A stretch of DNA of 61,490 bases, filler included, from Hausera hauseri (taxonomy: Eukaryota), in assembly GCA_046269625.1 (NCBI GenBank). It is 12 parts of 12 records of this genome, joined end to end, with 100 filler letters (N's around TTAATTAATTAA, not from the genome) between each part and the next. Parts side by side here need not be neighbours in the genome. Positions count along the whole stretch, not along the records: positions 9,048 to 14,267 come from JBJURY010304722.1; positions 14,368 to 18,469 come from JBJURY010761318.1; positions 18,570 to 22,700 come from JBJURY010742431.1; positions 22,801 to 28,076 come from JBJURY010293169.1; 8 more parts are not named here. One strand, written 5' to 3'. This document shows positions 11,483-24,567 of this stretch, piece by piece. The notes under the pieces are model-generated. The model saw only the letters and a program-made list of their open reading frames with translations. It was not told where the DNA came from and did not search any database. The position numbers and the translations under genes were made by a program. The stretch's first letter is position 1, and every line of letters begins with the position of its first letter.

Positions 11483-11797
11483 TGGAATACAGAAACAAAA
11501 ATTAAATTCCTCGCATCAAACACTGACATTTTACCGACATTTTTATGTTGCGAAACTTGGTGATGCTTGAAGTCAATTAAATCTGGACTTAAAGTTGAAC
11601 GAAACGGCCTTACAACAACAATATTTTGTTTAACCTGCCGCAAAGTCTAAACTGATTGATTTTATCGGTTGTGAAATGTCTAATGTGCCCGATGATTTAA
11701 AGTTTCGACTCAACATTTAATTGCAGGGATACAAAAAAAGGACGGTGTCAAAAGCCCAATTTGGCGTTTATCCGAAGCACTTTTTGATTATCAATAA
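11483..11797 (+). pseudogene. Degenerate paralog of the 8223-8663 protein
   Basis: LKSIKSGL...NILF...KFRLNI*LQGYKK..VKSPIWRL versus LKQVKNGL...NTLFF...YLTLKIKGYK..VKSPMWKL. Confidence 0.6.
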
Positions 11798-11824
11798 ATA
11801 TTGCTTTAATTTTCTTCTAGTGTA

Positions 11825-12300
11825 ATGGGCATTTCACTAATAATAATGATAATGAATGATGTAAAGTTTATCTTAACAGATGAAAATGCCTCTGTACCGA
11901 GACGTGTTACAGCAAACAGTGCAGGCCAAGATGGCAATGTGACAATTTCTGACAGCACAATCAAATGTATAACGACCAGGATTCTATTGGCGATTCAACC
12001 CGGTTACTACGGCCAGCTGTTATCGAAAAGCGGATTGGCAAAGCTCGAACTGACGGTTGTGGGTGGTGTCACTGATTCGGACTTTCGTAGTGAAATTACG
12101 TTGCTGCTGAAAAACCAATCGGGGAACTGTATACTTTTCTGAAAGGCAGTACAATCGCACAAATCGTTTTTCTTCGATATGAAGAAGCGGAATTCAGTGC
12201 AATGTCACCGGAACAATGGGGATTGTTTTGCGTCATTGAAGCTACACGAAATGAACGCAAATAATTCTGTTTCGGTGAATTGGACAAAACCACTCATGTA
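11825..12300 (+). pseudogene. dut: Trimeric dUTPase
   Basis: Motifs I SAGQD, II SKSGLA, III GVTDSDFRSEI, IV GSTIAQ (after frameshift near 12130) and degenerate motif V. Confidence 0.9.
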
Positions 12301-12396
12301 TAATTATTGTCATGATAATAATAATTAGTTGTTGTTGTTTTTGTTTTTGTTTTGTGTTATAAACAAAATAATGATTTTGCACATAAATATTGAGTA

Positions 12397-12855
12397 ATGG
12401 AGACTGGATTTATAAATATTGAGGCATTCCAAGACAACAGTGCTCGGTACATAATAAAGGAATTATGCATTGTGGATATCTGTAATGTTTTCCACCCATT
12501 TGTGTACGTATTCGAGCCAGACATTATGTGGAAAAACCTGAGGAAAAGGCGAAAATTACCAATGCGTTTCTCATACAACATCGCAATTGACTTTATAGGC
12601 ACATAGGCATTTCAAAATTGTGCGTAACATGCATTCATGAGCGACATGTGTAGTCGCTTCGATATTCTAAATACAATGTTTTACGTCAGAGATCAAGTTG
12701 GCGGTCAAAAGTTTACGCAACTGCACTCGCAATTTTCCGACCTGCAAATGACGACGTATTCAACATCGATCAACTCTAAAATAATAGTGGTACCTGACAA
12801 TATTACGTGTCCCTATCGTGAACATGGACCGCATTGTGCCTACAAAAATGTTTAG
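12397..12855 (+). pseudogene. DnaQ/DEDD-like accessory protein of the kind common in Polintons
   Basis: INIEAF...YIIKELC...FEP..W and C-terminal CPYREH..HCAYKNV; split over two frames. Confidence 0.55.
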
Positions 12856-13010
12856 CGCTTTGTGTAGACTATGTTTCATTCAAATAAATGTATATGTACG
12901 TGTGTATTTTGTTTGTCGTTTATTTAAACATGTTTCGAACGCAATTTGATTGATTGGTTGGTTTGTTCAAAACTATAAATACAGGTAGGTTGTAATGGTA
13001 AATAATAGTA

Positions 13011-13330
13011 ATGGGAATTGTAAATCAATTGAAACAAATGCAAAATTTTAATAGATTATCACTTCCGGAATTAATACGATGGTGTCAAGTACTTGACAGT
13101 GATTTTGAATTTAAAGAAGATTTAGCATCAATAGCATTGATGACAACAAAATCAGCAGTAGCAGACTGTAACTCTAGAAAATCTAATTACTGCGATAAAT
13201 CAAATGTACAATAACCGATTGTGTAATACAAAGTACTTTAATACAGTGGAAAGGTTACGCGGTGAATTAAAAAACATGAAAGAAAAATAGCGAACAAAGT
13301 ACAGAACTCTCAGTTTATGTGTTATTTTAA
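13011..13330 (+). pseudogene. Unknown Polinton accessory ORF
   Basis: TATAAATA at about 12975 then ATG; the 3' part is homologous to 8850-8947 on the opposite strand. Confidence 0.4.
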
Positions 13331-14367
13331 GAATGAAAAGTGGATACTGTATTTTTAATGTGTGGTCATGTCATTGTGTATCAAAAATTTTCCAACGTAA
13401 CCCACTGCCCAGAATGTAAATACGCTATAACGGAAATTGTACACGTTTATTATGAATAAATGGAAACGAATTTTAATTGACTTGGATGTAATGTGAACAT
13501 GATGATGATAATGTCAGTTTTCCAATACCGATAGAAAGTATAAATAAAGTTAACATTTGCATTTATTTTCCCCAAACATTTTGTTTATTGAGACAAAAAA
13601 CTCTGAAACATTTTCAAACTGCCATACATCAGTTTTATAAAACAAAATTAAACAACAATTCTGTGTAAAGTGTAAATATGCTTAGAAACAGAAGGTTCAA
13701 ATACAAAGTTAAAATATACACTCTGCAAGGCTTTCATCATAATATACACAGATACTTGAGAAAATAAAGCACATATGGACTTGTATGGAATGTCAGCTTA
13801 TAGCTTATTTGGAATGTCAGCTTATACCGTTTTACATCACTACTAAACCTTCCTAATGCATCGTAACGTTCGTAAACTAAAATCTAGATCATTCTGTTTA
13901 TCGACAATTTTCACCAAAATATTCTGCACCTTTAAGTGCTTGACCTTGCTGGAGAAGGAGATGTCCTTAAGCTTCGCATCATGTTCATCGCAAGATGTCC
14001 TTGACTTTCATACCTTGTTCATCCCATATTTCAGACAGAGATGATCTTGTTGACTACAAAAAACTACCTTCACCTTGGGGAATGTCAGGATTCAGGTTAT
14101 GATGGCAGATATGGATAGAGTTTCTGCAATTTCTTCTTAGAGTTCTATCTGGTGACAAAAAATGAAAACATCTTTAAGTATCCAGTATAAGATTACAGGG
14201 TAGAATCACAGTATAGCGTTATTGTGTTATCTAGACACAAGTAATTATAAACTCCACTTGTTAAACANNNNNNNNNNNNNNNNNNNNNNNNNNNNNNNNN
14301 NNNNNNNNNNNTTAATTAATTAANNNNNNNNNNNNNNNNNNNNNNNNNNNNNNNNNNNNNNNNNNNN

Positions 14368-14433
14368 GACGGTGAGGCCGGAGAGGATATCGTTCTTGAC
14401 GCAGGTCTTGCCCGGGCAGGTCAGTTCAAACAT
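14368..14433 (-). CDS. Start of a bacterial-type SulP (SLC26) anion transporter at the contig edge
   Basis: MFELTCPGKTCVKNDILSGLTV matches the KNDxLSGLTVA start of bacterial SulP; AAGGA ribosome site just upstream; GC-rich patch. Confidence 0.6.
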
Positions 14434-15423
14434 GGGTTTCCTTGGAGCGGGGAGGGAGGATGAGCCGGCGGACTATATCAGAATCTATTAATATTTGTAT
14501 ATAGACTCGATCCAGAAAATGGCGTGACCCGTTGTTTTACCGCTGATGATTCGCGTGTGCAGTGTCGCCTGTGGGTCTGCGTTTCCCTAGGGAACCTCTG
14601 ATTAACTTTTCGGCTTTTCGTCATCATCCCCCCACCAAACGATCATACAACGATTTGTTTACAATTTTTTAAATTTTCATCCATTTTATCACGTTTCAAT
14701 TGTCCTTAGTAGGTAGAAGTGCCTCTCTACAGTACTTCTCTGATTGATCGGCAAACCACTTTTTCCCAACTGATTAGCTATAACGATCATTTCACTAAAA
14801 ATTTCTCACGATCTCTCTCCTGGCCGAAAAAGAGATCGATCAATGGACTTTGGACCAAGTGATATTGATAGCGCGTGACGAGGTGAGCGAAAGGTATTAT
14901 ATATGGGGTGTACCTAAAATGTAAGGGAGAGGTGCTAGAAGAGGAAGAAGCAAAACAGGAAATGTGTCAGGTATTGCGCGAAACATGTTGCTAGTACTCA
15001 GAAAATGTGTACAAGGGGTAAATCGATATTGGCTATTGCAATGGACACGGTTGCAACGTTGTCGGATCATGGGAACATGGGGAAAAACACATGAGAAAAT
15101 TTCAAACGGGAAAATTTTTTCCTTGCACAAGTCAGGCGGTGGTGGAGATAGATTGCGCACGTAGCCCGTCATTAGTTGAACATTTCACATTATAGCCGCC
15201 TCACGATGAGACGATTGTAAGTCAGAGAAAAACATCTTTGAAGATCATCATTATCATCATCATGATCATTATTGTAAAAATTCCAGTTTCAATCTGTTTT
15301 TGCCTTCAAAACCAACGTAAACCGATAATCGGTTATCGTAACAGAATTTCACTACACGAACCAAAAGCATTATCAACAACAACAACAAAATAAAATATAT
15401 TTCACAAAACAAAAAACGTTTTT

Positions 15424-15716
15424 TCACAAAAGTGATTGTAATGTAAACCACAATAAACAGTAATGTCCACATAGTATAGTCATTGGATGTTGATNNNNNN
15501 NNNNGAATACATTTACAACGGTCGGATGGACGTACACAGCAATCCAATGTTCGCCCAGCAACGATGAAGTGCATGTATTGACAATAAAACTGCCGGTTTG
15601 TCGTAAATCACGCGGTACATAGTCCACTGGAAACACCACGAAATTTCACACCCAAGAGCAGTTTTTCGTAGTGACTGGGCTCAATGGAGCTATATGTAAA
15701 ATGTGATTTAAGCATA
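15424..15716 (-). pseudogene. Adenain-like cysteine maturation protease
   Basis: GVFPVD...FIVNT...GEHWIAV (catalytic His) and CGHYCL (catalytic Cys); internal 10-N gap and frameshift. Confidence 0.9.
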
Positions 15717-15789
15717 ATAGTAGTAATCAGAATAAATTACTTCATAGTACGACGAAGAAGACTGTAAGATGAGACACAGCGGATTTTAT

Positions 15790-17004
15790 TTATACAATGA
15801 CGGTTATGTTTTTCGTTATTTCAATCTCGACATCAAATACACCGTAAATGTGCATTACGTCAGAATGCTCCAACGCTTTAGCAAAGTGAACCTCCAGTCT
15901 CAAGTTTCCCTGCTGTGGTAGTTGAGTCTGTTCAACGTCATATTCTGGAGCCAGGACAAAGGTGGAGAATGGATAGACGGACTTGAACAGATCCATCGAT
16001 ATGCCATTGTTGATACTTTTGTTCAGCAAAACAATGTTGCGCACAATAGATTGAATATATGTGCAAACATAATCGCTGGTCTCGAAATCCTGCTTGATGG
16101 CTCAACGAAATCCGCATTCTTGTCCAAACTGATGTAAATCACTTTGCTATGGGTAAACGTTTCCGAATCGATTGTATAACTGCCCGTTTGTTGAGCAGTG
16201 GTTTGAAATGTAACAAGCACAAATTTCGGCAATCGCATGTTGCTAAACAGTGTATCTTTGTAAAATTTAGTTGAATCATAGTTCTGTGCATTGTAATGGG
16301 TAACAGGCATTTTGTGTTTCCAGGCCCAGTCAATGTCCCATGAGCTCAAATTATTCTACCTTTACACGACGTACGTATAATCGTGCCTCGGTAATTTTCA
16401 GTATGAATTTAAGATTTGCAACTGCAGTTTTCAAACAAAAGACATTGTCGCTGCGTTTTTGCCGAATCATGGCTTTAACACCAGGCAGTAGGCATTTCGG
16501 CTGATCGAAAAAGTCAAAGTACACCAGTCCACACACTGTGAGCGCTTTTGATTCTGCCAGCCATGCCTGACGGTTTGTTGCAGTGGCGTCATATCCAATG
16601 GTTTTCGTCAAATGAGTCGTTTTTGTTTCTGTGCTGTAATTCAGAGCCGTTTCAGTAAATGCTTTGATACTGTATTGACTGGTGTTGCCTTCGATTTTGA
16701 CGCTGTTTAGAGTCAGTGAAGCCTCCTGGAACAGTGTGAGGAAAAAGTAATTGGCCGGTGTGACAGTGTCTGTTGCATCGAGAATTGTTGCCGCATCCTT
16801 TTTAACAATGACTTTTACATAGAGTAGCATATCGTTCAAATCCACGTATTCATTGTCCGATGCCATAATGTTAAATTCAATGTCAATGTTATCGTCCGTT
16901 GAAACCGAATCAACGTGGTAGATTGTGTCAAATGCCGCATTGTCAATAACAACTTGTGGCTCGCCTTTGTCAAATATACTCAATTCAGATTTTGCAGATG
17001 CCAT
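15790..17004 (-). pseudogene. Double jelly-roll major capsid protein (hexon, PY)
   Basis: KSELSIF...IEFNI...YVDLND.LLYVK, FFDQPKCLLPGV, ARLYVRRVKV, LFSNMRLPK, GNLRLEVHF...IYGVFD; stop at 16351 and frameshifts. Confidence 0.9.
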
Positions 17005-17007
17005 TAA

Positions 17008-17373
17008 TCAATCGAAAATCGTACGATGACGACGTTTGTTTATAGCTGATGAACTCGACGATGCTCTACGGCGTTTCCTCGTCATTAAGCCACTTCCAGC
17101 GATTTGTTTTTTGACTGATTTAACGACTGCCGGTGCAGCGCTTTTTATTTCTGACAAGGCGTGTTCCTTTAGTGATGGTAAAATCGATTTGTTTTCATAT
17201 AGTACGTCCTGTGCCGTTTTTGCTGCAACGACTCCAATACGCTTCAACATTGGAAATGCTAAACGTGCCAGTGTACGCAACCATCCAGAGCCATACGGTT
17301 TACCAACGAAATACGGCAGTTCACCGCCCTGCTGCGGTTTACTGTAAATGGATACGCTTTCGGAATTAATCAT
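17008..17373 (-). CDS. Polinton basic core/membrane-active virion protein located between penton and hexon
   Basis: Intact 121-aa ORF: QQGG.LPYF.G..YGSGWLRTLARLAFPMLK amphipathic segment, second GSG, R/K-rich tail ending TIFD. Confidence 0.8.
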   Translation of the reverse strand: MINSESVSIYSKPQQGGELPYFVGKPYGSGWLRTLARLAFPMLKRIGVVAAKTAQDVLYENKSILPSLKEHALSEIKSAAPAVVKSVKKQIAGSGLMTRKRRRASSSSSAINKRRHRTIFD

Positions 17374-18440
17374 GTTGGATTCGATGGAAATGAAAAGTTA
17401 GACCAGTTGTAGTACCGTACGGAAAATCAATAAAGAAGCCCGCGTCACATCGGATATTCACTTCAACATTGTTTATAGATGTAGATGCCACAAGTAGGTA
17501 CATTAGATTATCAAGCTTGACAGTGTCATTGTCGCCGGCAGTATACTTTCTGCGTTCCGAATAAATTGCACGGAGTAGCGGTACACGTACTCAACCGACC
17601 AAAATCGGTTCGGTGACGTTCACGTATATGTACATTTTACTTAGTCCCGTTTTCAGTTTGGGTTTAAGTGTTGCAACATGTGCCGCCACCGTCGTCTTCG
17701 TATTCGATGCGTCAAACCGCTGTTTTTCAAAACCCAATACCATGACCAAAGCTTTGTCCAATGAAATGTAGACAATATCCTTAGCCAGTTCAAATTTAAC
17801 GTACTCATTTGCATCTGACTAGAAAACTTTAAATATCGCCTTGTACGTTTGATTTGAAGAAGTGTTGACAGAGATGTGGTACAGATTCGCAATAGACATT
17901 GTCTCCAATCGATACGTATGACGTTGATACCTTGTCTGTTGTATAATTAAATTTCACAGTTGTCTGGTAATATACGGGACTTAATCTTGGACCAACTACA
18001 TATTCACTTTTAATATGATTACCTTTGTACTCTGTATTTTTGAATCCAAATTTCTGCGCCATATCAGAGGACTCAAAGGTAACAATAAATTCAAAATCTG
18101 CCATAAAAATTAAGTTTTGATCTAAAATAAAAACACCGATTTTGCCGCGTGAATCGTAGTTTGCTTCGGTCGTGCAAATGGCCGATTCTACAACTGTTAT
18201 TCTATTGTTAGTAAGTGCCAGAAGACAAGAATCTGTTTTGCTTTCAGTAACAATCTTGTACGTTATTTTCATAGTACCTTTCCATGTCACCGGTGTGTAG
18301 GGAAAGTTAAATTCTGTAAGTGCAACCTCCCATTTTCCAGATAAATCGAAAGGATTGTTCCAATCTACTACGTATTCACTGGCTTAATTGTTCGGACGAG
18401 TCGTCGGACAACTGTTGCTCGGAAACATTGTAATACTCAT
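17366..18440 (-). pseudogene. Single jelly-roll minor capsid protein (penton)
   Basis: N-terminal FPSNSC..RPNN...LSGKWEVALTEFNFP and C-terminal IDFPYGTTTGLTFHF; stop and frameshifts. Confidence 0.85.
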
Positions 18441-18569
18441 GATCTCGATGATGATGATGATGATAATGANNNNNNNNNNNNNNNNNNNNNNNNNNNNNNN
18501 NNNNNNNNNNNNNTTAATTAATTAANNNNNNNNNNNNNNNNNNNNNNNNNNNNNNNNNNNNNNNNNNNN

Positions 18570-21500
18570 TTAAGTAGACATTAGTTTCATCTACCTTTTA
18601 AATTATATATGGTCCTATATACGGTATATCCAGTTTTGGTGTCTTTCCTTTCTTACTTAAGGGTGTATGTAACATGACAATGTCTCCCGGTTTAAAACCA
18701 TGTGACTTAGCTTTTTCATCATATCTATCTTTATAATCTTTTTGGTATATTTTAATATGTCGGGAAGCTAGGTTCCGTACATATCCCAATTTTTCTGCCA
18801 GCAATTCTTTACATTCAATATCTTTTAGATGAGAAACAGACATTTTAAAATCTAAATCAATCGGCATATGAGCGTCTCTGAGGTACATTAAATAAAATGG
18901 GGTTTCTTTCGTTGCAGGGTGAATTTTATTCCTGACTACGAATAAAAATTTTAATATATTCATCCCAGTCGTCCTGTCGTTTATTAACCATAGTAACAGC
19001 ATGTTAGTTAAGGTTCCATGAAATCTTTCCACCGTTCCGTTTGTTTGTGGATGGTATGGGGTAATCTTTAATTGTGATATTCGAAATATTTTTGAAATTT
19101 CCACCATTACTTCTCCTGTAAAATTTGGAGCTTATCTCTTAATAATTTAGTAAGTACTCCATAATTAAATACAATTTCTTCAACAAATACTTCAGCAATA
19201 GTTTGAGCCTTTTGATCCGGTATTGGAACTACAACTGGCCATATTGCAAATAAGTCAACGAACACTAATATATACTTGTTTCCATTTATTGTCATCGGCA
19301 ACAGTCCTAGAATGTCCATCGCTGAAAATTCCATTGGAGCCGGTGGGAATTCTAATGGTTTAAGGGGGACTTTAATTCTTGTTCCTGTTTTTCCTCGTAG
19401 CACAAATTGGGTAACTTTTTCACCACTCCTCTACACCTCTAGGCATATTGTACAAATAATATTTTCTTTTCAGTCCGTCCAGGGTTCGCTTTTTTGATTG
19501 ATGACCTCCAAGCATACTATCATGGTATTGCGTTAGCAATAGTTTTACGTCTTTTTGCGAGACAAGAACGACCAACTTTCCTTTATAATTATAGTATAAT
19601 ATATCATCTTTTATTTCATAATTTTCAACAAACTTTGTCAAGTGAGTATGGCAATCAATGTATTTTGGTATGATTTTTTGAAGTTATTTATTCATTTGTT
19701 TTATTTGTTCGTCATTCTGCTATTTTTGTTGCATTGATTTTTCTTGTCCTATGATACTCCAAATAGCCGCTATAACACCTGGTTTATCCGTTATTGCATC
19801 CCCTTCTTGATTTGTATCCTCTGGTATCCTTGACATGTAATCAGCATTTGCATTAGCCTTCCCAGTTTTATACTCGAACTTTAAGTCATAGGGCTGAAGC
19901 AACATTGGCCATTTCATTAAGCGACTATTTGGGTTCTTATGATTCTTCAACCACTGTAGTGGTTCATGATCGGTGCAGATAACAACTGTTTTGGTCTCCG
20001 ACAAGTACTGTCCATACTGTTCCAATGCATATGCAATCGCGAATAATTCTCTCTCGATTGTAGAACAATTTTTCTCATGTTTTCTCAGCTTTCTTTCTCC
20101 AAACGATATCGGATGTTTTTGCTATTTATCATCTTTTTGTGACAAAAAAACCCCAATTCCAACTTTACTCGCATCTGTGTCCAGGAAATATGGTTTCGAC
20201 ATATTTGGATATATAGGTGGATAATATAGGTGGAGCCAATAAATTATCTTTTAGCTGCTAATATGATTTTTGGCATTCTTGAGTCCAAACAAGTTTGGAG
20301 TTTTCTTGCAGTAGCGAATGTAATTGAGACGCTATTTTCTAGTAATCTTTAACAAATTTTCTATGTTATCCTGTAAGATCAAAAAATTTACGGACTCCTC
20401 TGACTGTTTCTGGAACCGGAAATATAGTATTTTGTTGATTTTTTCTATCCGTGGACTAATACCTTCTCTACTAACCATATGACCTAAAAAGTCTACTTTG
20501 GTTGTAGCAAAGCAACATTTTTTAAACTTATTTTTATACCAAGAAGAGCGCACCTCTCCAACATGTCTTTGAGGTATTCTTTGTACTATTTATAATGAAT
20601 TGAAGCAATTATGACATTATCCACATAACACATTATGTGTAGAGCGTCCATTGTTATTATATCCATAGCTGTCTAAAACGCTGCGGGGGGATTTTTCATT
20701 CCGAATGCCATTTGGTTGAACTCATAATGTCCATATGCAGTTACAAAAGCTGTTTTTTGTTTACCTTCTTCCTGGACTTCTACTTGCAAAAGTCCTTTCC
20801 GTAGATCTAGAGTAACAAATAACATTTTATTTTTCAACTTATCCAGTATCTCATCGATTCTAGGCAACGGATAGGTATCGTCTATTGGTACTTCATTGAG
20901 AGCACGATAATCTACACACGTTCTGATAGAACCATCTTCCTTTTGTATTATTACAATTGGAGCTGCCCATGGAGAGTTACTAGGTCTAATTACATCATAT
21001 TTTCTCATTTCAGCTATTATCTCTAGCGTTTTCTCTTTTATAATAATTGCGTCTATACGGCCTCTTTTTTATGGGAGTCACCATTCCAGTTTTCCATTTA
21101 ATGTCATGTTTAATAACGGGTATTATACCCACATCATATTCATCCATTGCGAAGGTATCTTTGTACTGTTGTAGTACTTTAACTGTACCTTTTTTTCTAA
21201 ATCTGTCAGTACGCTATCCTTACCAAACAAGTTATAATCATTTCAATTAATGGGTGTCTTAACAAATTTTGTTATTTTTTTATCTTTTTCGAGATGACCT
21301 TTCAATTTATTTATTGATTCCTCTTCAAATTGTATTCTGCATTCTGTTCATGGTTTGTCCTTGTTTTTCCATAAATTCGGATAATTCCTGTAGTGAAAAT
21401 AATAGCTTCTGTTGCCTTATTATCTATGTCTTTTATAATATATACATAGGCAAACTGCGCCTTTCCTAAGAAATTTGGGCTTATTTGAAACGTTAGCTAT

Positions 21501-22200
21501 TCGATCAATTACTTGTACTCGAATGTTATGAACTGTGAGCTTACCATAGCTCATTCTTATCCATGAAGGTTATATTTGGTTCAGTGTAAACATCGTTTTC
21601 GTCTCGACCTTCTACTAGAGCTTTGAGCACAATCTCTGTTCTAGCTGTTATTAAAACGTCCTCCTTGATGGACACCGTGTCCTTTTTCTCGTTCCTTGTC
21701 TTTCGATATAGTCGGATTTGTTGGGTCTCTAAGTGTATACATGTCTTTTAATTTTGCTAACGCGTCACATCCGAGTATAGCTTCAGCCAATAATTCGTTG
21801 GCTATCCTGAACGCCTTCTCGAATTTTTGGTTAAGAACTTTTGTCTCGCATTTGATTATGTCCTTCACTTGTACTCTAATTCTGAATGCTCCAACGTTCG
21901 TAATATCCTCTGTCGGTTTGCATAACTTTTTCTTCAATTGTTCTGGTAATTGTTTCCGTTAAATCACTGAGGCTGATGCACCAGTATCCATTATTTCAGT
22001 AATACGATATTCATCTATCCAAATTACTGTTCTCGGTATTACTTTACCCCCATCTATGCTATTTATCAAAGCCTCTTTCTGGGCTGATGGATAAAACATC
22101 AACTTCCTGTGTTTTGGATCAAAATTGTCCATATCACTTGAACAGTGTATGTCTATATATTCATTAGGGGACGTAAAATGTGGTTGTTCCATTTGGTACT
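18570..22200 (-). mobile_element. Ty3/Gypsy LTR retrotransposon pol (PR-RT-RH-IN), decayed
   Basis: MDTGAS, SPWAAPIV...CVDYRALN, MAFGMKNPPA, YVDN, TDAS, TDHEPL, HDSMLGGH, MDILG, YHPQTNGTVERF, PYIGPY. Confidence 0.95.
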
Positions 22201-22800
22201 CTTTCTATCTTCTCATTTGAGGAATATGTGATAGTAAGGATCTCCGTTTGGTACTTCGAGCAGCAATCAGACTCCATGTCTTTTTATTATTCTCTACTGG
22301 TTTAGGTCTTATCTCCTTTATCTTGTTTACTGGACGTTTGTCCTCATCGTTATTAACATCTTCCTCATTTTTGAAGACTCAATATTCGCATCAGCAAACA
22401 CAAACACAACTCCATTGAAACGTCATTGCTGAACACACACACTGTTTGCTCTGCTGGTTTCTGTTAACATGGAGAGTAAAGCAGTGCCATTGAGCAATAG
22501 TGCAGCATGTCAGTGTACATACAGCACAGTTTTCTAGCCGCCGCTCCTAAGCTGGTAAATCTCAAATACGACTGCGTCGCTGCGACTCGACAATCCTCAC
22601 AAGTTCATTGGTGTGAGCATCTGAGCCCGATGTGAACTCTAGCCCAAATGTGACACAGTGGCTCTGGCCATATGCAGGCTTTTCACCCCTCCTCTCTGCG
22701 NNNNNNNNNNNNNNNNNNNNNNNNNNNNNNNNNNNNNNNNNNNNTTAATTAATTAANNNNNNNNNNNNNNNNNNNNNNNNNNNNNNNNNNNNNNNNNNNN

Positions 22801-23328
22801 CGTGTAATGCAATAGCCCTTTTCGTGATTATTCATTCCGTGTGATCCGTATGCAATCACTCTTTCATGTCCGGTGCTATCTTTCTGTGATAATACTGCTC
22901 CAATCGTATCAAAGCTAGCATCGATATCCAGAATAAATTCTTTCTTGAAGTCTTGGAACCATAGTATTGGTGGCGACGCCAAAGCCATCTTCATTGCTTC
23001 AAATGTTTCGTTGCAAGACTCGGTCCATACCAGTTTTTTGTTGTTTAGTCCGCGCATCTGTTCTAATGCCTTAGCTTTTGTGGCGTATCTTTGAATAAAT
23101 TTCTTGTATTAATTGAAAATTCCTAAAAAGCTTCTCGGGCTTTTTACACATTTTGGTTTCTCGAACGCTTTGATGGCATCCAATTTGCATGGATCCGTTT
23201 GTATGTCTTTGTTATTTACAATGTGTCCCAAGAATTTTACCTGTTTTCAAGATGTGGCATTTCTCTGGGTTTATTCTCAATCTCGCCTTTTTGATTTGAT
23301 CTAGTACTTTCTCTAGTATTATGTAGTC
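22801..23328 (-). mobile_element. Ty3/Gypsy RT-RNase H fragment
   Basis: VKFLGHIV, FLGIFN.Y.KFI, WTESCNETFEAMK, FILDIDAS..IGAVLSQ, VIAYGS. Confidence 0.9.
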
Positions 23329-24567
23329 TGTAAGGTTCCACCTTACAAAAAATTTTTACTAATAACGAAATATATCAAAAACAAAGTCTCAAAATTTAAA
23401 TCTTTCAAATAACTTAAAATACTTGAAATGAAATCAGCAGAAACAAAATTTAAAATTCACAAATCTCAAATAATTTTAAATTTCTCCAAATCACGGATTC
23501 ATGTACAATAAAGGGGAAACAAAAAATAAATATTAAATTATCAAAATAAAATTAAAATTTGAAAATAAATCACGGAATCACAAATTAAATCACAAAATTA
23601 CAGGTGCTGAAATAACCAGCACTTACAAAATAAAAAACAGTCAAGATCTGTGGATTTAATCCATTTGTTTAAATCCACAGATTAAGGATTGGACAGTATT
23701 TTCAAAAACAAAAAAGCGAAAACATTCAAAAAATATTCAACATGCCAGAAACATCGAAACCAGTGCGAACAAATATCACCAAAACATCTAAACCAGGAGA
23801 ACCGCTCGTTAGAGACGATGCTAGAGCCCGGACCGCCAACGTCGCCGTCATCGGAAGGAATATGTGGCTCGCCCCGAACTACTGGATTCCTAAGCGAACC
23901 CAACGTGATTCTACAACGACACGAGACCCGGACACCATCAAACCCGGCGAGCCAATTACCAAGCGAGACGCCGCCTCCAGCGGCAAACGCCGTCGCGACA
24001 CACAAGCGAGCCCCGTACCGGTCCTACTCGGACTTTCTGACGGTACGGGAACTCCTGCAAAAAAGTCGCTTTGTACGACACTTGGTCGGGTTGGAGAGAG
24101 AGGATCCATACTTTCTACCGGCAAGCACGCTCCATCGGTTTTACCAGGACAGGGATAACCGGCATCTCTTAGACTCGTCGATTTTCCTTCCGGTGTTCCT
24201 GCGACTGATGGCGGCAACCGATCGCCTGTACGAATCGCTGGTTCCATCGGAGAGCCAGTTGATCCCCGATCATCGCACAGTTTACAGACCACAAATTAGG
24301 AGCTCCGGCCCAGACCAGGTTCGAACACCGCGCCGTCGACGCCTGTTGGAGCCGATACGAAGAGAGCCAACTCCGACAGACTCGAGCTCGAATGACCTTC
24401 GAGCCCGCCCACACCGACTCCACAAGCTCGGATCGTCTCGTTCCACTACCGAAGAGTCGTATGTTTCTGCTGATGATAATTGTTGTAAAAATAAATGTTT
24501 CAACAATTACCCGGTTTTATTCATTTATTTCGTGGTTTCCGTGTTGTTTTATTGTTTTGACGCCACA
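23329..24567 (+). mobile_element. LTR-like element (TG...CA) containing an ORF
   Basis: Starts TGTAAGGTTCCACCTTACA (identical 19-mer at 26875), interrupts a Gypsy RT, AATAAA near 24490, ends GCCACA; right end uncertain and no TSD found. Confidence 0.6.

Noticed and set aside
23682-24506. Antisense and alternative-frame ORFs over the GC-rich LTR ORF
   Set aside because: Shadow ORFs caused by low stop density; only one frame is conserved in the second copy
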